A stretch of DNA of 64,000 bases from Octopus sinensis. Its lineage: Eukaryota. A program made the translations under genes and the position numbers. The DNA is taken from contig NC_043008.1 of the NCBI RefSeq assembly GCF_006345805.1, positions 75,082,001 through 75,146,000 of the forward strand. Direction: 5' to 3'. Below the pieces are notes generated by a model. It was given only the letters and a program-made list of their open reading frames with translations. It did no database searches and was not told the origin of the DNA. Below, piece by piece: positions 25,246 through 38,160 of the stretch (positions are counted from its first letter, which is position 1; each line of letters begins with the position of its first letter).

Positions 25246-26293
25246 TACAAGACAGTCACCCACGAACAAATATACACACACACTCAAACAGTCCGGGACA
25301 CACTTATTTGACGATCGCAACGCAAATATGGATAATTGAGGGAACAGACAGTTTTATTCATCAAGTTAACAAGTCCACGAAACCCTGTTTTTTTCATGGA
25401 AAGGTCAATGAATTTGATAAAGTCCACTGTATTCAGAGTAGTCTAGGGAGGTACAATCAATGATTTAGTCCATTCTTCTCTCAAGCAACACTAACAGAAG
25501 CTACCATGACAAAACTTTCAACAACTCTGTGTACATTTCTAGAATACTTATTTACTACTATGTGTGCTTGACTGTTGAAATATTTCTTAACTGTAGATAT
25601 AGCAATTGGATATAGGCACATTTGCCTATAGACACAAAACTTAGCTATACACTCATCCCTCGTGTGTCTCATTGTATACATGTCATAACAAATTACCCGT
25701 TCCTATCAAATTGTCTGCAACGAAAATTACTTCTGTTAACATACACATCTGCAAATTACAAGACCAAACTCTCACTCTCTCACTCTCTTACTCTCTCTCG
25801 CTCTGTGTCTTTCTGTCTCTCTCTCTTACTTCCTCAGCACACATGATCATACAAACATAAGCACATGCGTCCAATCTCTCTTCCCGCTTCTTTTATAGTA
25901 ACAAGCACACATTTACACACATTTATACGCTCTTCACAAAACCTGCACTGATGAGAAATTTCCACATTCAAATAAAACGACGAATCTTGCAGAGCTGATA
26001 TGTCACAACATGATTTAACAGTTCTTCCTTGTTTCATAGTCATTATTTTTCCCTTTCATCAGGAATCTAATTCCCCCGAGACACGGAATGACACAGTTTA
26101 CTCAAGCAAGTAATTCCAATTCAACCAAACTACCATACAACCTCACTTTCCAGACTACTTTCATGTTTCCAACGAATAAGTAACAGTTAAAAATGAAATT
26201 TCTTTCTGACGATTTCTTATGCTGTCACAAGTGAAGAATTCTTGGAAAGTTTTAATTAATACCGAGAGGTTTCTTTTCCTTAATATTGATGAA

Positions 26294-26341
<48 letters not shown>

Positions 26342-27853
26342 CATTATCATAATTATCATTATTATCATTATCTCCACCATCCTCCTTAACATCACCGTCG
26401 TCATCGTCATCACAGCATCATCTTTATTATTGATGTTTACTATTGATTAGGAAGAGCTACAATTCACTTGAATTTTTAAAGCTGCTTAATTTAGTAGAAC
26501 AAAACAATAAAATTGCCAAATAATGGTGGGAAATAATTTGAAAAGAAATTGCCGACACAAGTCTTCAGTTTTAAGTTGGTGAACATAATTATATTACACT
26601 CGCTGCGATTGACTGTTACTTGAATTCCACCGAAAGTGATGATACCGCCATTTATGTTCCTACTTATTGCTACGCCCTGCAATTTTGAATATAGATTTTT
26701 TTTACTAAATTTGCGTGGAGAGGAACCGGTGTACCGTGTCCTAAATGGCTTTCCTAACAATATCAAATAATGTTTGTGATGTAAAATTGTTACTACCATG
26801 TACCAGTGCTGGTTCTGTAATTTAGTTAACCGACATCTTCGCAATTTTCACCATGATAATTACCATTATAATTCGGACCAATTCTTTCATTATTCGAAAT
26901 ACTTGTTGATTTAGGAGACATTCAAAACCATAGACTTTGTTCTCCCGTGGTCATCCTTTTGCTCTATAATTATTGCCATCCCTCAATAAATTATCATCAG
27001 AAATATCCATTAGTAACAGATCAATTATAAAAGACATCCAGCTATTATCACACTCATTCCTCAATAAGCGACCAATCATCAAAGCCATTCTACAATACGA
27101 GTCCTATTATGTGTGACGTCCATCAATTATCAGAGTTATCCTTCAATAAGTTACCAATTAACGAAGATATCCATCAATAAATATCCTATTATCTGAGACA
27201 TCTATTAATATGTGACACGGAGCCAGCCATCAATAAGTAACCTATTAGTCTTAAAAGCTTATAGAAATGACCACCCGAGCTCAACTCGGGGCTTGAATTC
27301 AATGTAACATTCATACTGTTTATAATGCTGCATCCACTTATTGTGAAATATACCAATCTATTTGTATCTTGCTACATATATTGGGGGTGGGTCACAGTGA
27401 CCTAAATACTTTGGAAATAGAACGGACAGATGAGGTTAGCGATGAGAAACTAGCAGCTACCGATTTGCTAGTTGATAATCCAGTTTCTTCTAGGCAGAAG
27501 CATTTGTCTCTAGCAACATTTCAAATAAAAAAAAATGTGAATGAGGAAAAACAATTGTTTTAAGAGGCCTAAATCTGAGGAAAGAATGTAGGTGTGTCCT
27601 TTCCATAATCCCTGGAGGCTAGTTGCAAAATTTTGCCGGAAATATTTAAAGGTATTATTTAGAAAATATCTTTGGATGCATTCTATATTTAAAGAAAATA
27701 TAGAAATTTTTCGGTAAAAAATAGAAATACAAAATATTGTAATGTTTGTTTTTCTCAATTCAATAAATACACTAACAATAATTTCGTGTTGTAAAACCAA
27801 GCATGTGCGCACACACACACACGTGCATACATATTCATGTATGCAGATACATG

Positions 27854-27933
<80 letters not shown>

Positions 27934-28802
27934 ATACGTACATACATACATACACAAATACATAACTACAGCTAATAAATTGCAATTTGAAAACCTTATT
28001 TCTTTTTGTACATTTTTAGTGTATTCGAATCATTACTAAATTTCACCACACTGTCAGTTTGAAAATCCGAATGACTATATAAATGGCTGCCTACCTCTAA
28101 TTTGTTTTCCCAGACTTACTTCGATCGATTCCTTATTTTATAGTTATTTTACTTACACCATTAATTTAGTCTTTCGGTAAAGTTTGTTTCTAGTCATCTA
28201 TCATTATACAGTCTCATCTAAATGTTTTTGTAAATATATTTATACATTATTTAAGTAGATGTCAGGTAAGTAGTGGGGAAGGATGGTCAGAAGGAAGAAA
28301 TGCAAGAAAGAAGGGGACAACTGAGTGATTGGTCAATTAGATACACTGAAGTGTTCGTGATGATATGGCTTCAGCACTTGGTTACGTACCACTTTCTTTT
28401 GAGTTCAAATGGTGACAGAGCTGTGTTTTGTATTCATCTGTCTGAAATTGTATTACTTCCCGACTATCATTTTCTGATCTCGAGCCAGTGTGAGAAAGAA
28501 ATGGGACGAACAGTGAAGAGTTAAGCTTCCGGTAAGCCAAGAATACAACACGGTTTCAATATTCAGTTAAATGCACTTCACATCATTTATACAACTAATG
28601 GAAAGGCATACCTGCCACAGAATGTTATATTCCCTTCCATAATTGAACGTGGTTCTGCTCCTGGTCAAAGGACAACGATTTTGAAGTATTTTGAAGTATT
28701 GCTGAGGTGCTAAGAAAGAAATTATCTCCAGACAGGAGGCAGCATCACGATTTCAATTTCAGTTGAAGAAAAATTAATTTATTTGCATTTAATTCTGAAA
28801 GA

Positions 28803-29068
28803 AAGAATATTACAACTCCTGCTCCACTGTCTATCCACAGTAAGGTCTGTCTAAATAATAAGATAAAGGATAATATTTCTATAAAATTAGAAAGGGAACG
28901 GCCAGGGTGATACTTCTTTGTTGAGATCGGAATTCTAACATCAGTCATAACCATTTTATGTCACTTCTATCCACAATGTATGGAGAACATACATATCACA
29001 ACTTCTCATCTTATCTTTAATCCATAATTCCTTGCTTGTTAAAGAAGCGATTGTTATAAGCTTTGGTT
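28803..29068 (+). repeat. About 270-bp direct repeat, copy 1 (probably a decayed RTE RT fragment)
   Basis: Aligns with 32048-32315 over its whole length. A frameshifted KxCLNNKI...QGDT segment resembles RTE RT (GVRQGDT). Confidence 0.8.
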
Positions 29069-30026
29069 TATAGAACAGAGTGCTGTTGATATTTATATAC
29101 TGTTATCTGTAAGCTCAGCAAGTTGAGTATGGTAGAACATCTGAATAGGAAACAGGAGGTTCGATTACTGCCAGTGGATTCACTATTAATATCGAAAACT
29201 TAGAATATCTGAAACAGATATATTGATAAAAATATTTTCATTTACGTTTATGTACTTGTTTTGAAAGATTCTTGATGCGAAATCGTGTGCTGAAACTTTT
29301 ATTGTTATACTTGGAGATGATAATATTTTGCCACTATATATTATGTTTCACTTCAAAGCTGAAGTGAAGACTAAATACATAGAGTGTGTTTAATTAGCAA
29401 ATTATGGCCATCCCCAAAGAAACAATGTCTTCATTTACTTTTCCTTTCGCTACATTTTCTGTTCAAATACTATCGGCGCTATCCACTTTGATTTTCATTC
29501 ATCTCGAGTCATGAAAATAATTTATAAATGCTGTCCATTTTAATCGATTATACAACTACATATGTTTTGGCTAAAGTAATGTTCTGTACTGATTACAGAT
29601 TTTAGAACATCACAACTCACCTCAAAATAATGATAGAATAGTTACAGTTTAAGTATTGATAGAACCATTCTTTGATTCCACTAACAGACTCTTTGATATG
29701 TGACAGAATGAGAGGTGGCCATATTCCAACAACATAAACTATATTGATCTCACTACGCAAGGAATGGCTTCATAGGTCACCACACTTGTATTAGCTCCTC
29801 CTCCTTCTCCTCTGATTCATTAATAAGTAAACATCATTATTAGCACAAGCATCAATAACAACTACTACCTAATGGGATATAAAATTGCCTGAAAATTAAC
29901 AAAAGTAAAAATGAAAAGCAAAACAAGTAGTCAAAATGGAATTTGATATATTATTTTGTTTAGTTTTACACATCATAATTAACATCTAGTTAAGGACTAA
30001 GTTATATCCTTGATTGCTTATAGCTA

Positions 30027-30048
30027 TTTATTGCTTTTAGATTTTATT
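30027..30048 (-). promoter_or_regulatory. Candidate polyadenylation signals (two AATAAA) for the protease gene
   Basis: TTTATT on the plus strand at 30043-30048 and 30027-30032, about 100 nt after the stop codon. Confidence 0.5.
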
Positions 30049-30143
30049 ATTGTCTCTCTTCAATACAGTGGTCTAAGTTTCAATCCCTACAGGTGCCATC
30101 CAGTCGCTGTTGACTAAACGCTAAATCTTGAAGGTATTTTCCC

Positions 30144-30308
30144 TTATTTGTCATAGTTTATGTTATCAATCCAATCTTCAAAATATGACACATTGCTGTA
30201 GACTGTGAAGCCTGTATTACATTTATAATTACCATATGATGTCACCCCGACCACCACCAACTTATTGTCCGACACGCGATGACACATCAAAGGTCCACCA
30301 GAGTCTCC
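30144..30308 (-). CDS. S1A serine protease coding exon 6 (terminal): GDSGGPLMCHRVSDNKLVVVGVTSYGNYKCNTGFTVYSNVSYFEDWIDNINYDK*
   Basis: Acceptor TTTCTTTTTAG, phase 0, catalytic Ser motif GDSGGP, C-terminal WI helix and a TAA stop. Confidence 0.95.
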   Translation of the reverse strand, partial: GDSGGPLMCHRVSDNKLVVVGVTSYGNYKCNTGFTVYSNVSYFEDWIDNINYDK

Positions 30309-30954
30309 CTAAAAAGAAACGTAGAAAATAACATATTGGTTAGGACGGTTGGCACCTCTCAATCGCCATGTCTTCCCCATTTCACTATAAGATTATTTAA
30401 TTGCAATAAGGAATGTTCAAGATCGAATAAGTACCCTGTATTTGTTAGGAATGTCCTGGTGAAACCAGACTTTAGTGACGAAACAATATTACAAATAATG
30501 TTCCTAAAGCTAGAATTTCTGATGGGGAGCGGTTTATCGATTACAGCAACTTCCGTACTTGACTTATACAATAGAGCATCAAACTGGACACTTGTTTGTT
30601 TCAGCTCTTAGTGTTCTGAGTTCAAATCTTGAGTTGTAGAATTAATCTATTATCCAGTTTAATACCACTCTTTGGTTCTTGGATGTTTTAGTGGAATTCG
30701 CTCGATTGTAAGCATTCTAGCAAGGTCTCTGATTTGAGGATACTTCCTCCTTTTCAACCAGTTTGGGAAGCCGTGCAAAGAACCATAGACACAGCATTTT
30801 CTTCGGAGTAACAGATAAAAATAGACGATTAAATCAATCTACTTGAGATAGCTATATACTATTAAATCTACAAGAGAGGTATAAACGATTATATATATTC
30901 GAGAGAGTTGAGTATTACCACTAGAGCATGTAAAAGACAGATATACTTTTCTAC

Positions 30955-31440
30955 TCTAGGCACAAAACCCGAACGTTTGGGGGAGGAGGCCTGTCAATTA
31001 GATCGACCCCAGTACGCGAATGGTACTTAATCTATCGACTTCGAAAGGATGAAAGGCAAAATCGACCACTGCAGATTTTGAACTCAGAACATAAAGACAG
31101 ACGAAATACCTATTTCTTTACTACCCACAAGGGGCTAAATACAGAGGGGACAAACAAGGACAGAGAGACAGAGTAAGTCGATTATATCGACCCCAGTGCG
31201 TAACTGGTACTTAATTTATCGACCCCGAAAGGATGAAAGGCAAAGTCGACCTCGGTGGAATTTGAACTCACAACGTAACGGCAGACGAAATACCGATAAG
31301 CATTTCGCCCGGCGTGCTAACGATTTAACCAGCTCGCCGCCTTAGACGATTAAATATACTGGTAGCTAACTAATCGAACCTGGAAGAAATGAACGGCAAA
31401 GTGATTCTGGTGTGATTTGAACTCATAACATAAAAGGATG
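30955..31440 (-). mobile_element. Cluster of three related SINE copies or fragments in intron 5
   Basis: Repeated ATCGACCCCAGT...CGAAAGGATGAAAGGCAAAGTCGAC...TTTGAACTCA motif. Confidence 0.75.
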
Positions 31441-32047
31441 CATGTAGCAATGCAGTTATTCCGTTGCTCAACAGATTATACTGCTCTATTATTAGTAGAT
31501 GGCATTAAGAGTAAGCAGACGGAATTCAAAGTTTAATTTAATAATTGACTCACTAATTGCTAATTAATTGGCTGACTAATTAGTTTCCGTATTAGTAATT
31601 TTGTTAACTTGGCAGAGAGGCTGAAGATTTTAGATTGGGGGGTGATGGGGTGTGCGGCTTTCAGGTCTCTACCAACAGCTTTATTAATGTAAATGAAGTG
31701 AAATGACTTCAAAGATATCAAACTCTATCGCAGAATAAACTTCATTTTCTTTCTGTACACTGTAATTGCTTTTAGCTTTCAAATAGATAAAGTGGATTAG
31801 TGGAAGCTTTGTTCTGGAGCTAGGATTTAGTTACATCGTTACATTGTGATGAGTTCAAATCTGGCTGGGATCGATTACCGGGAACGATAAAATACTAATT
31901 GTTGTTATGGCAAATTCTTTCCAACTAATGCATTCCGTCTTCATGTTTATTCACAATATACAATTAGAATACATTGGATAACACGTCCTTGATATTTTCA
32001 GTTAAAAGTGTGTGATTTGAGGAAGATTTTGGTCCTTTTCCTAATAT

Positions 32048-32315
32048 AAGAATATTACAAGTCCTGCCCCGCTTTCTATCCACAGTAAGGCCTGTCTAAA
32101 TAATAAGATAAAGGTTAATATTTCTATAAAAATAGAAAAGAAACGGCCAGGGTGATACTTCTTTGTTGAGATCGGAATTCTAACATCAGTCATAACCATT
32201 TCATATCACTTCTATCTATAATGTATGGGGAAAATACATGTCACAACTTCTCATCTCATCTTTATATCATACTCCATAATATTTGCTTGTTAAGCGATTG
32301 TTATAAGATTTGGTT
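32048..32315 (+). repeat. About 270-bp direct repeat, copy 2 (intron 5)
   Basis: Shares a long identical block ACGGCCAGGGTGATACTTCTTTGTTGAGATCGGAATTCTAACATCAGTCATAACCATTT with copy 1. Confidence 0.8.
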
Positions 32316-32625
32316 CATTCTTTTCTTCGGAATTTAGCTCGATATTTGGCGCAGATTGACTTAATTGTTGTTTGTAATGTTATACAACTGTTAGAAATGA
32401 TCACTAAGATCAGATTCTTACAAGTAATTGACTTAAAACCTGGCGTCAGTAGCACTTACGAAACCACGAACATCCATAACTGTTATGAATTTCATTGTCT
32501 TGTTACTCCACTCAGCTCACTATTAGTAAGAAGACAGATGCGACCAACGACGCTTAGGTCCCGTACAATAATTCGTTAATCACGTAATGGATGTATCTGA
32601 TGAATGTGAGAGTATTCATACTTAC

Positions 32626-32768
32626 CCGGCAAGATTCAGCTCCATTTCGAACCCCAGACCCAGCACACAACTGTTGCTTAGTGATACGCGAGAAGTGTTG
32701 TTTGCATTGTGATTGTGAGAATGCTTTTACTTTGGCAGTCTGCAGCTGATTTGTACCATAACTATTTT
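32626..32768 (-). CDS. S1A serine protease coding exon 5: (K)NSYGTNQLQTAKVKAFSQSQCKQHFSRITKQQLCAGSGVRNGAESCR
   Basis: Acceptor ATGTTTTCAG (phase 1), donor CGG|GTAAGT (phase 0), and the Cys168/Cys182 (LCAG)/Cys191 pattern. Confidence 0.93.
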
Positions 32769-32818
32769 CTGAAAACATTAATTTGTATTGCAATATCAGC
32801 AATTTATTTAACAGAGTG

Positions 32819-32854
<36 letters not shown>

Positions 32855-33293
32855 TACAAACATATGAATGCTTAGAGTTTAACAGGAGAGATATATTTAA
32901 ATATATGGATTATTTTTATTTTTTTATTAGCTGAAAATGTTACATACCAGTTAATCAGAGACCTAGGTACTCATAGTAAAACACTTTTAAAATATTATGG
33001 AAGAAGTATTTATAGCTTGATACAGAAGTCAATAGAATATTCTAAAATATAATCAAAAGGTTTCGTGATTGTACTACATAAATTTGAAAATTGATTGATA
33101 TAACAGGCTGAGATAGAAAATGTAATAAGTGTACGTGTGTACACTTAGATGTTTACCTACATACATATACTCGAACACAACTGCTTGCTTAATGCAAAAG
33201 TTCACTTGAAATTGTTATGTACATATATATATCTTTCTCTCTTTCTCTTTTACTTGTTTCAGTCATTTGACTGTTGCCATGCTGGAGCACCGC

Positions 33294-33377
<84 letters not shown>

Positions 33378-34254
33378 ACACATATATAAGGTAAGTTATG
33401 AAAAACAACAAACATTTACTGGTGAAATGGCTTCATATAGAAGAGACAAATGTATTAGTATATGGAGGTTAAGTGTAAAATTAAGAATCGGATTTCATGG
33501 TTTATTTAAAAAGGATAGAAACTACATTCAGTGTTGATATTTATACAGTGTTGATATTGCAATATTTATACCTGAAACTTTCAATAACGTAAACACGTAA
33601 TGGAGATTTACTTAAGTAATTGTCAGATATTGTCAGTAAATTAAGTGTTAATTTATAGACTTGAAAAGATTTACCAATGGCAAAGGAAAACACAATGTTC
33701 TATAAATAACATTTAATATGTTATAGGTAATACAGTATAGGTAAATTATGTTTCTAATAATTTGAAATGTTAAGGTAGTAAATAGAATTGAAAATTAGTG
33801 GTCATTGAAAGTATAAAATATGAATATACAACTATGATAGGAGTGCCATAGCAAAATAATGTATGGATGTGCTTTTCCGGTGTGTTAATTTACTGTTTTA
33901 AAGTGAATGTACTTGTGCAAAGGACCGGTGCCATAGATTTCTTCATACAATGAACTTATTATGTACTTACCCGTATTAGAAATTTTTAAAGTTTATAAAT
34001 ATTATTTATAAATAAATACCCTAAATAAATATTATTTATAAATAGATACCATAAATACATAAAGGAAAGAAAAAAAAAACAAGAAAATTAGAGCGGAAGT
34101 GAATAAATCGAAAGTTAACGTCTGGACACTAAAATTTCCAACTACGGCTTCTCAACATATATGGAGATAAATGTAACTAGAATAAAACAAAATACAAATT
34201 CAAAATACAAATCGATATTCTAAGCGCGCGCGCACACACACATGTACATATATG

Positions 34255-34620
34255 ATGATGGAGTCTCTCGTCGTGAATGACAAAAGAGGGTTCATTAAAA
34301 AAAACCGGTAATCATGTTTTATTGCTGTATGGACACGCATATGTCTCTTGAGGCCTGTTGGTACTTTGCAAATATTTTGGCAAATAGAACAAGTCTAGGA
34401 CTCAATTTGCTCGGGTGCTGGTTGATAATTTATTGTGCGTTTTCTAGAGTGGACGGCAAGTTCTGCTTTGCCCCGAGTTACACAATGACAAGTAAGGTTT
34501 TCATTAAGAGTAGCGGCGTTTTGCTAGCGTGCCTTCATGCTTGCACGAAGTTGGTCCCGATGTTGGAGTCGACTTCCTAAAATCTTTGAACTGCGGAGAA
34601 GTAGGAATGGCACTAGGTCC
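34255..34620 (-). mobile_element. RTE-type LINE 3' end with C2H2 finger
   Basis: TCSICQNICKVPTGLKRHMRV followed by a tail shared with 6690-6730. Confidence 0.65.
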
Positions 34621-36579
34621 TGTGTTGTGCTGCTTCTTTTCTCACCAGAGCACAAAATAGCACTCACTGAAGGGAGGTACAAGTGGCTTGCAACATTCGC
34701 TCATGCTGTAACATTCGCTCTTGCAACATTCGCTCATGCCGTAAAACAAGAAACGCTCAAGAAACACCATTATTGGGGCAAACAACAGCAGTAATAAAGT
34801 TCGTGGAAGAAAGAGAAAAGCCAGGAACGACAGCAAGAAGGACAAATAGTCTACTACATGGATTCCAGTTTGGGGATATGAAAGTTGACCTGGGGGAAGA
34901 CTTTAGTTTCACTAGGTCGTCCCTACAACTCTGAGGCCAGATGTAGTTCTGTGGTCTGAAAAAGCGAGGAAAATAATCTTGATCATGCTTGAGTATCATA
35001 GGAAAAAAGGGTACGATCAACCCTACGGATAGAAGCATACGTAGTACAAGAGCCTTCTGCAAGATCGTAGGGAGAGGGGCTGGCAATCCTGACTTTTCCC
35101 AGTCGAGGTTGGCTGTAAGGCATTCCATACCCAGTCGGTATGGAGGATGCTTACAGCTACTAGAATGTGACGTAGAGCGAAGGGTGGGAGAGGCAGCAGA
35201 ACGAGCCTCTTGCATGTTATAGAGCAAGAAAGAAGAATTAAGCTGGAAGCAAGGAGAAGATGAGTAGCAATTTGGTTGCCTCTGATGACCCACCAAAAGG
35301 TGTGTGTTGTGGTTCAGTGTCAAAACACACGATGATCGTTGGATACCATCTGATGACATCAGTTTTCTCCTGGTCAAAGCTCCATTCACCTTGGTGAGTG
35401 GAATATATCAAAATATCATTTATGAATATTTATAAAATAGGTGTAACATATATATTCATATATACACATGTAGATTTCCATATGTAAGTATATATTGCAT
35501 CATGAAACTAAGATATACTCCACGTTGAATGCAATATTCACAGCCGTGATAGCAGGTAATAAATAAATTTAGTTAATAGACTGTAGATTTAAAACTTACA
35601 TATATTCCCTCAAAATCTCGATTTTTCTATTCATTATATTTGTATAATGTAATTCATAATTCAAGTGTATGCATGTGCATTTGCATGAATGCGTTAGTAT
35701 GGGTGTTCATATATCCATAAAATACATGGCATTGAACAGTCTGACTTAACTTTCATATCATTAACTTATTTGAGAGCGTGATGGGGTCTCGAGTAACTCA
35801 CTTCCTAGAAAGTAACAGCTTACTTATTCTCAACAATATGGTTTCTGCAATGCAATGACAGAGACTGCATAACACAGCTTCTGCTTCACTTTGATGGCAT
35901 CCTAAAGGCCCTTAGAAAGGGCTCCAATGCAGATGTCATAGGCCTTCGACAAGGTTAGTTATATAGCATTCAAACTGTTCCGGGATAAATATTTTTAACA
36001 AATTCCAGATAACCCACCTACATCCGGATATATCTCTGCAAATAATAACTCTTTTTTCAAATGGGCTATGGTACCTAAAGAATGCTTGTAATATGAAACA
36101 ACGTTAAATGTTTTTCCAGGTGGGTCTATTAATTTGTCATAACCTGGGCCAATTCTAGCCGAAACTTATCTAAGTATATGTTAGCTCTCTACTCGTTAGA
36201 CAGCATGACCAGCAATGCCTGTGCATGGGTTTTAAGTCGAGTGCAGTTTTATATACGAGTTAGCTTTTTCCTACATACATACATACATACATACATACAT
36301 ACATACATACATACATACATACATACATAAGAAAGCCTTTGACTTTGTTCCCCACTCATGGATGTTAGAAGCCCTTCAACTTGCTAAATTTCCAATGAGA
36401 ATAGTCAAAGCCATAGCTGACCTGACTTCATCGTGGGCCACCATCTTGAAATTAAACACACTGAATGACTATATTATCACCGACAGAATACACTATCGCA
36501 AAGGTATATTCCAAAGAGACAGCTGTTTATACTTTCTGTAAACTCATTTATCATTCATGTTAAGGAAGTCTGGAGGATA

Positions 36580-38160
36580 TCTCACTGGTCCACAAGGAAA
36601 CAGAAATGCAAAAATTACACACTGTTCCTTTGTGGATGACTGAAAACTTTTTTGCAAAGAATATGCATGAGATGAAAAAGAGCGCTGACCTAGTTACAAC
36701 ATTCTCAAAGGATGTAGGGTTGGAGTTTGGTCAGGATAAATGTTATTATATGGTTGTGAAAAAGGGGAAACCTATAAACCAGACTAGTCACATTTCCATC
36801 AATGATTTGACTGTATCTCCTTTATCTGACGAGGAATATTACAGGTATCTAGGGGGGTGGATGAAAATATCTTACAATGGCACCTGTAACAAAACAAGTG
36901 CCACTAAAGAATATCACAACCGAATAAGAAAATTTGAACCTCAGAACTCTCCGCATTCAATAAAACAGTGGCCCACAATGTGTTTGCAGTGCTAGTACTC
37001 ATACCAACATTTGGGCTGCTTCATTCGACGCTTATGAAATCCGAACCATTGATGCGAAAACCCGAAAAATACTAACCAGCACACATGATTTCCAAAGAAA
37101 CAGTGACGTAGACTGCCTCTACTTAAAACAAAAACAAGGTGGCAGAAGCTTAATATCGACCCTAAATGCCTTTTACTAACCACCAAGTATCGAAGTGCAT
37201 CCCTTGACCAAGTTTGCATACATGAGGCTGATAATATCATAAGACTTGGAAGGCAGCTCCTTGAGCAACACTCTTTGCCTGATAACCTAGAATACATGTC
37301 AAAAGCGGTCGCACGACTCTACCGCAACGTTTCATCAGATGACAGGATGAGCCTATATGAGCAGAAGACTATGCATGGATATGTTAGTAGAAAGCTCCGT
37401 GATGATAGTAATATCGATCACGCAACACAATTTATCATTGACCAATAGCCGGATTGCTACCTCTCACTTTGAAGGGTACGCGTCTGCAATCCACGAACAG
37501 GAAATATCAACCAAATATCAGATGCACAAAAAGGATAGAGATGCAGGAAAATCCGTAAAATGTGACAACTGATGCAGACTTTGTGGAATTATCACTGTAA
37601 ATATTATCCACATCATAAACAGTTGTCCGAAAATATCATCACGCTATTATCTACCGATGAGACATGAGGTTGTAGCTAGGACCCTCTATAATGAAATATG
37701 TCGGAAGGATAACCTCAAGGACAAAAAAATAAGAACCCACAGTGTGATAGAAGGTATAGGCATTCACAATAATAAAAAAAAGTACTAGTGGAATGTTCCA
37801 GTGAAAACCATAGTAAAATAAACAACAGACCTGGTATAATGATTTGGGATTGAGAAAAGAAACTGTCTACAATTGTGGAAATTAGCTGCCCAGCGGATGT
37901 TAACATAAAGTAGATCAGTGAAAATGAGAATACTTATGCTGAACTATTGAGAAATCTGCAGTTATACTATCGAGATTACAAGTTCAGGTTAAAGTCTAAA
38001 ATTATTGGGACCCAGTCATTTTTAACACACTGCCTAAATACCAACCTTGGGATTTTAAGCTTCTCAAAGCCAGAAAGGAGAAAGCTAACTGGATGACTAC
38101 AGATCCAATCCATCACTGGAACTGTAGAAGTCTGTAAAACTTTCCAGAAGTTTATCATTT
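36580..38160 (+). mobile_element. R4/Dong-clade LINE (RT end plus restriction-like endonuclease), degenerate
   Basis: DVGLEFGQDKC, EYYRYLG, CRLC...HIINSC...RHE zinc knuckle and RPGIMIWD...IVEISCP. Confidence 0.8.

Noticed and set aside
25420-25540. Cys/His pattern resembling a RING finger on the minus strand
   Set aside because: It is interrupted by several stops and has no splice or context support.
30227-30233. Possible GTAATT donor inside the last protease exon
   Set aside because: The frame reads through to Cys220, VYSNV and WI and ends at a proper stop, so no seventh exon is needed.
34757-35389. 210-aa minus-strand ORF
   Set aside because: No motif recognised in any frame. It is adjacent to LINE debris and likely degenerate TE sequence, so I cannot support a call.
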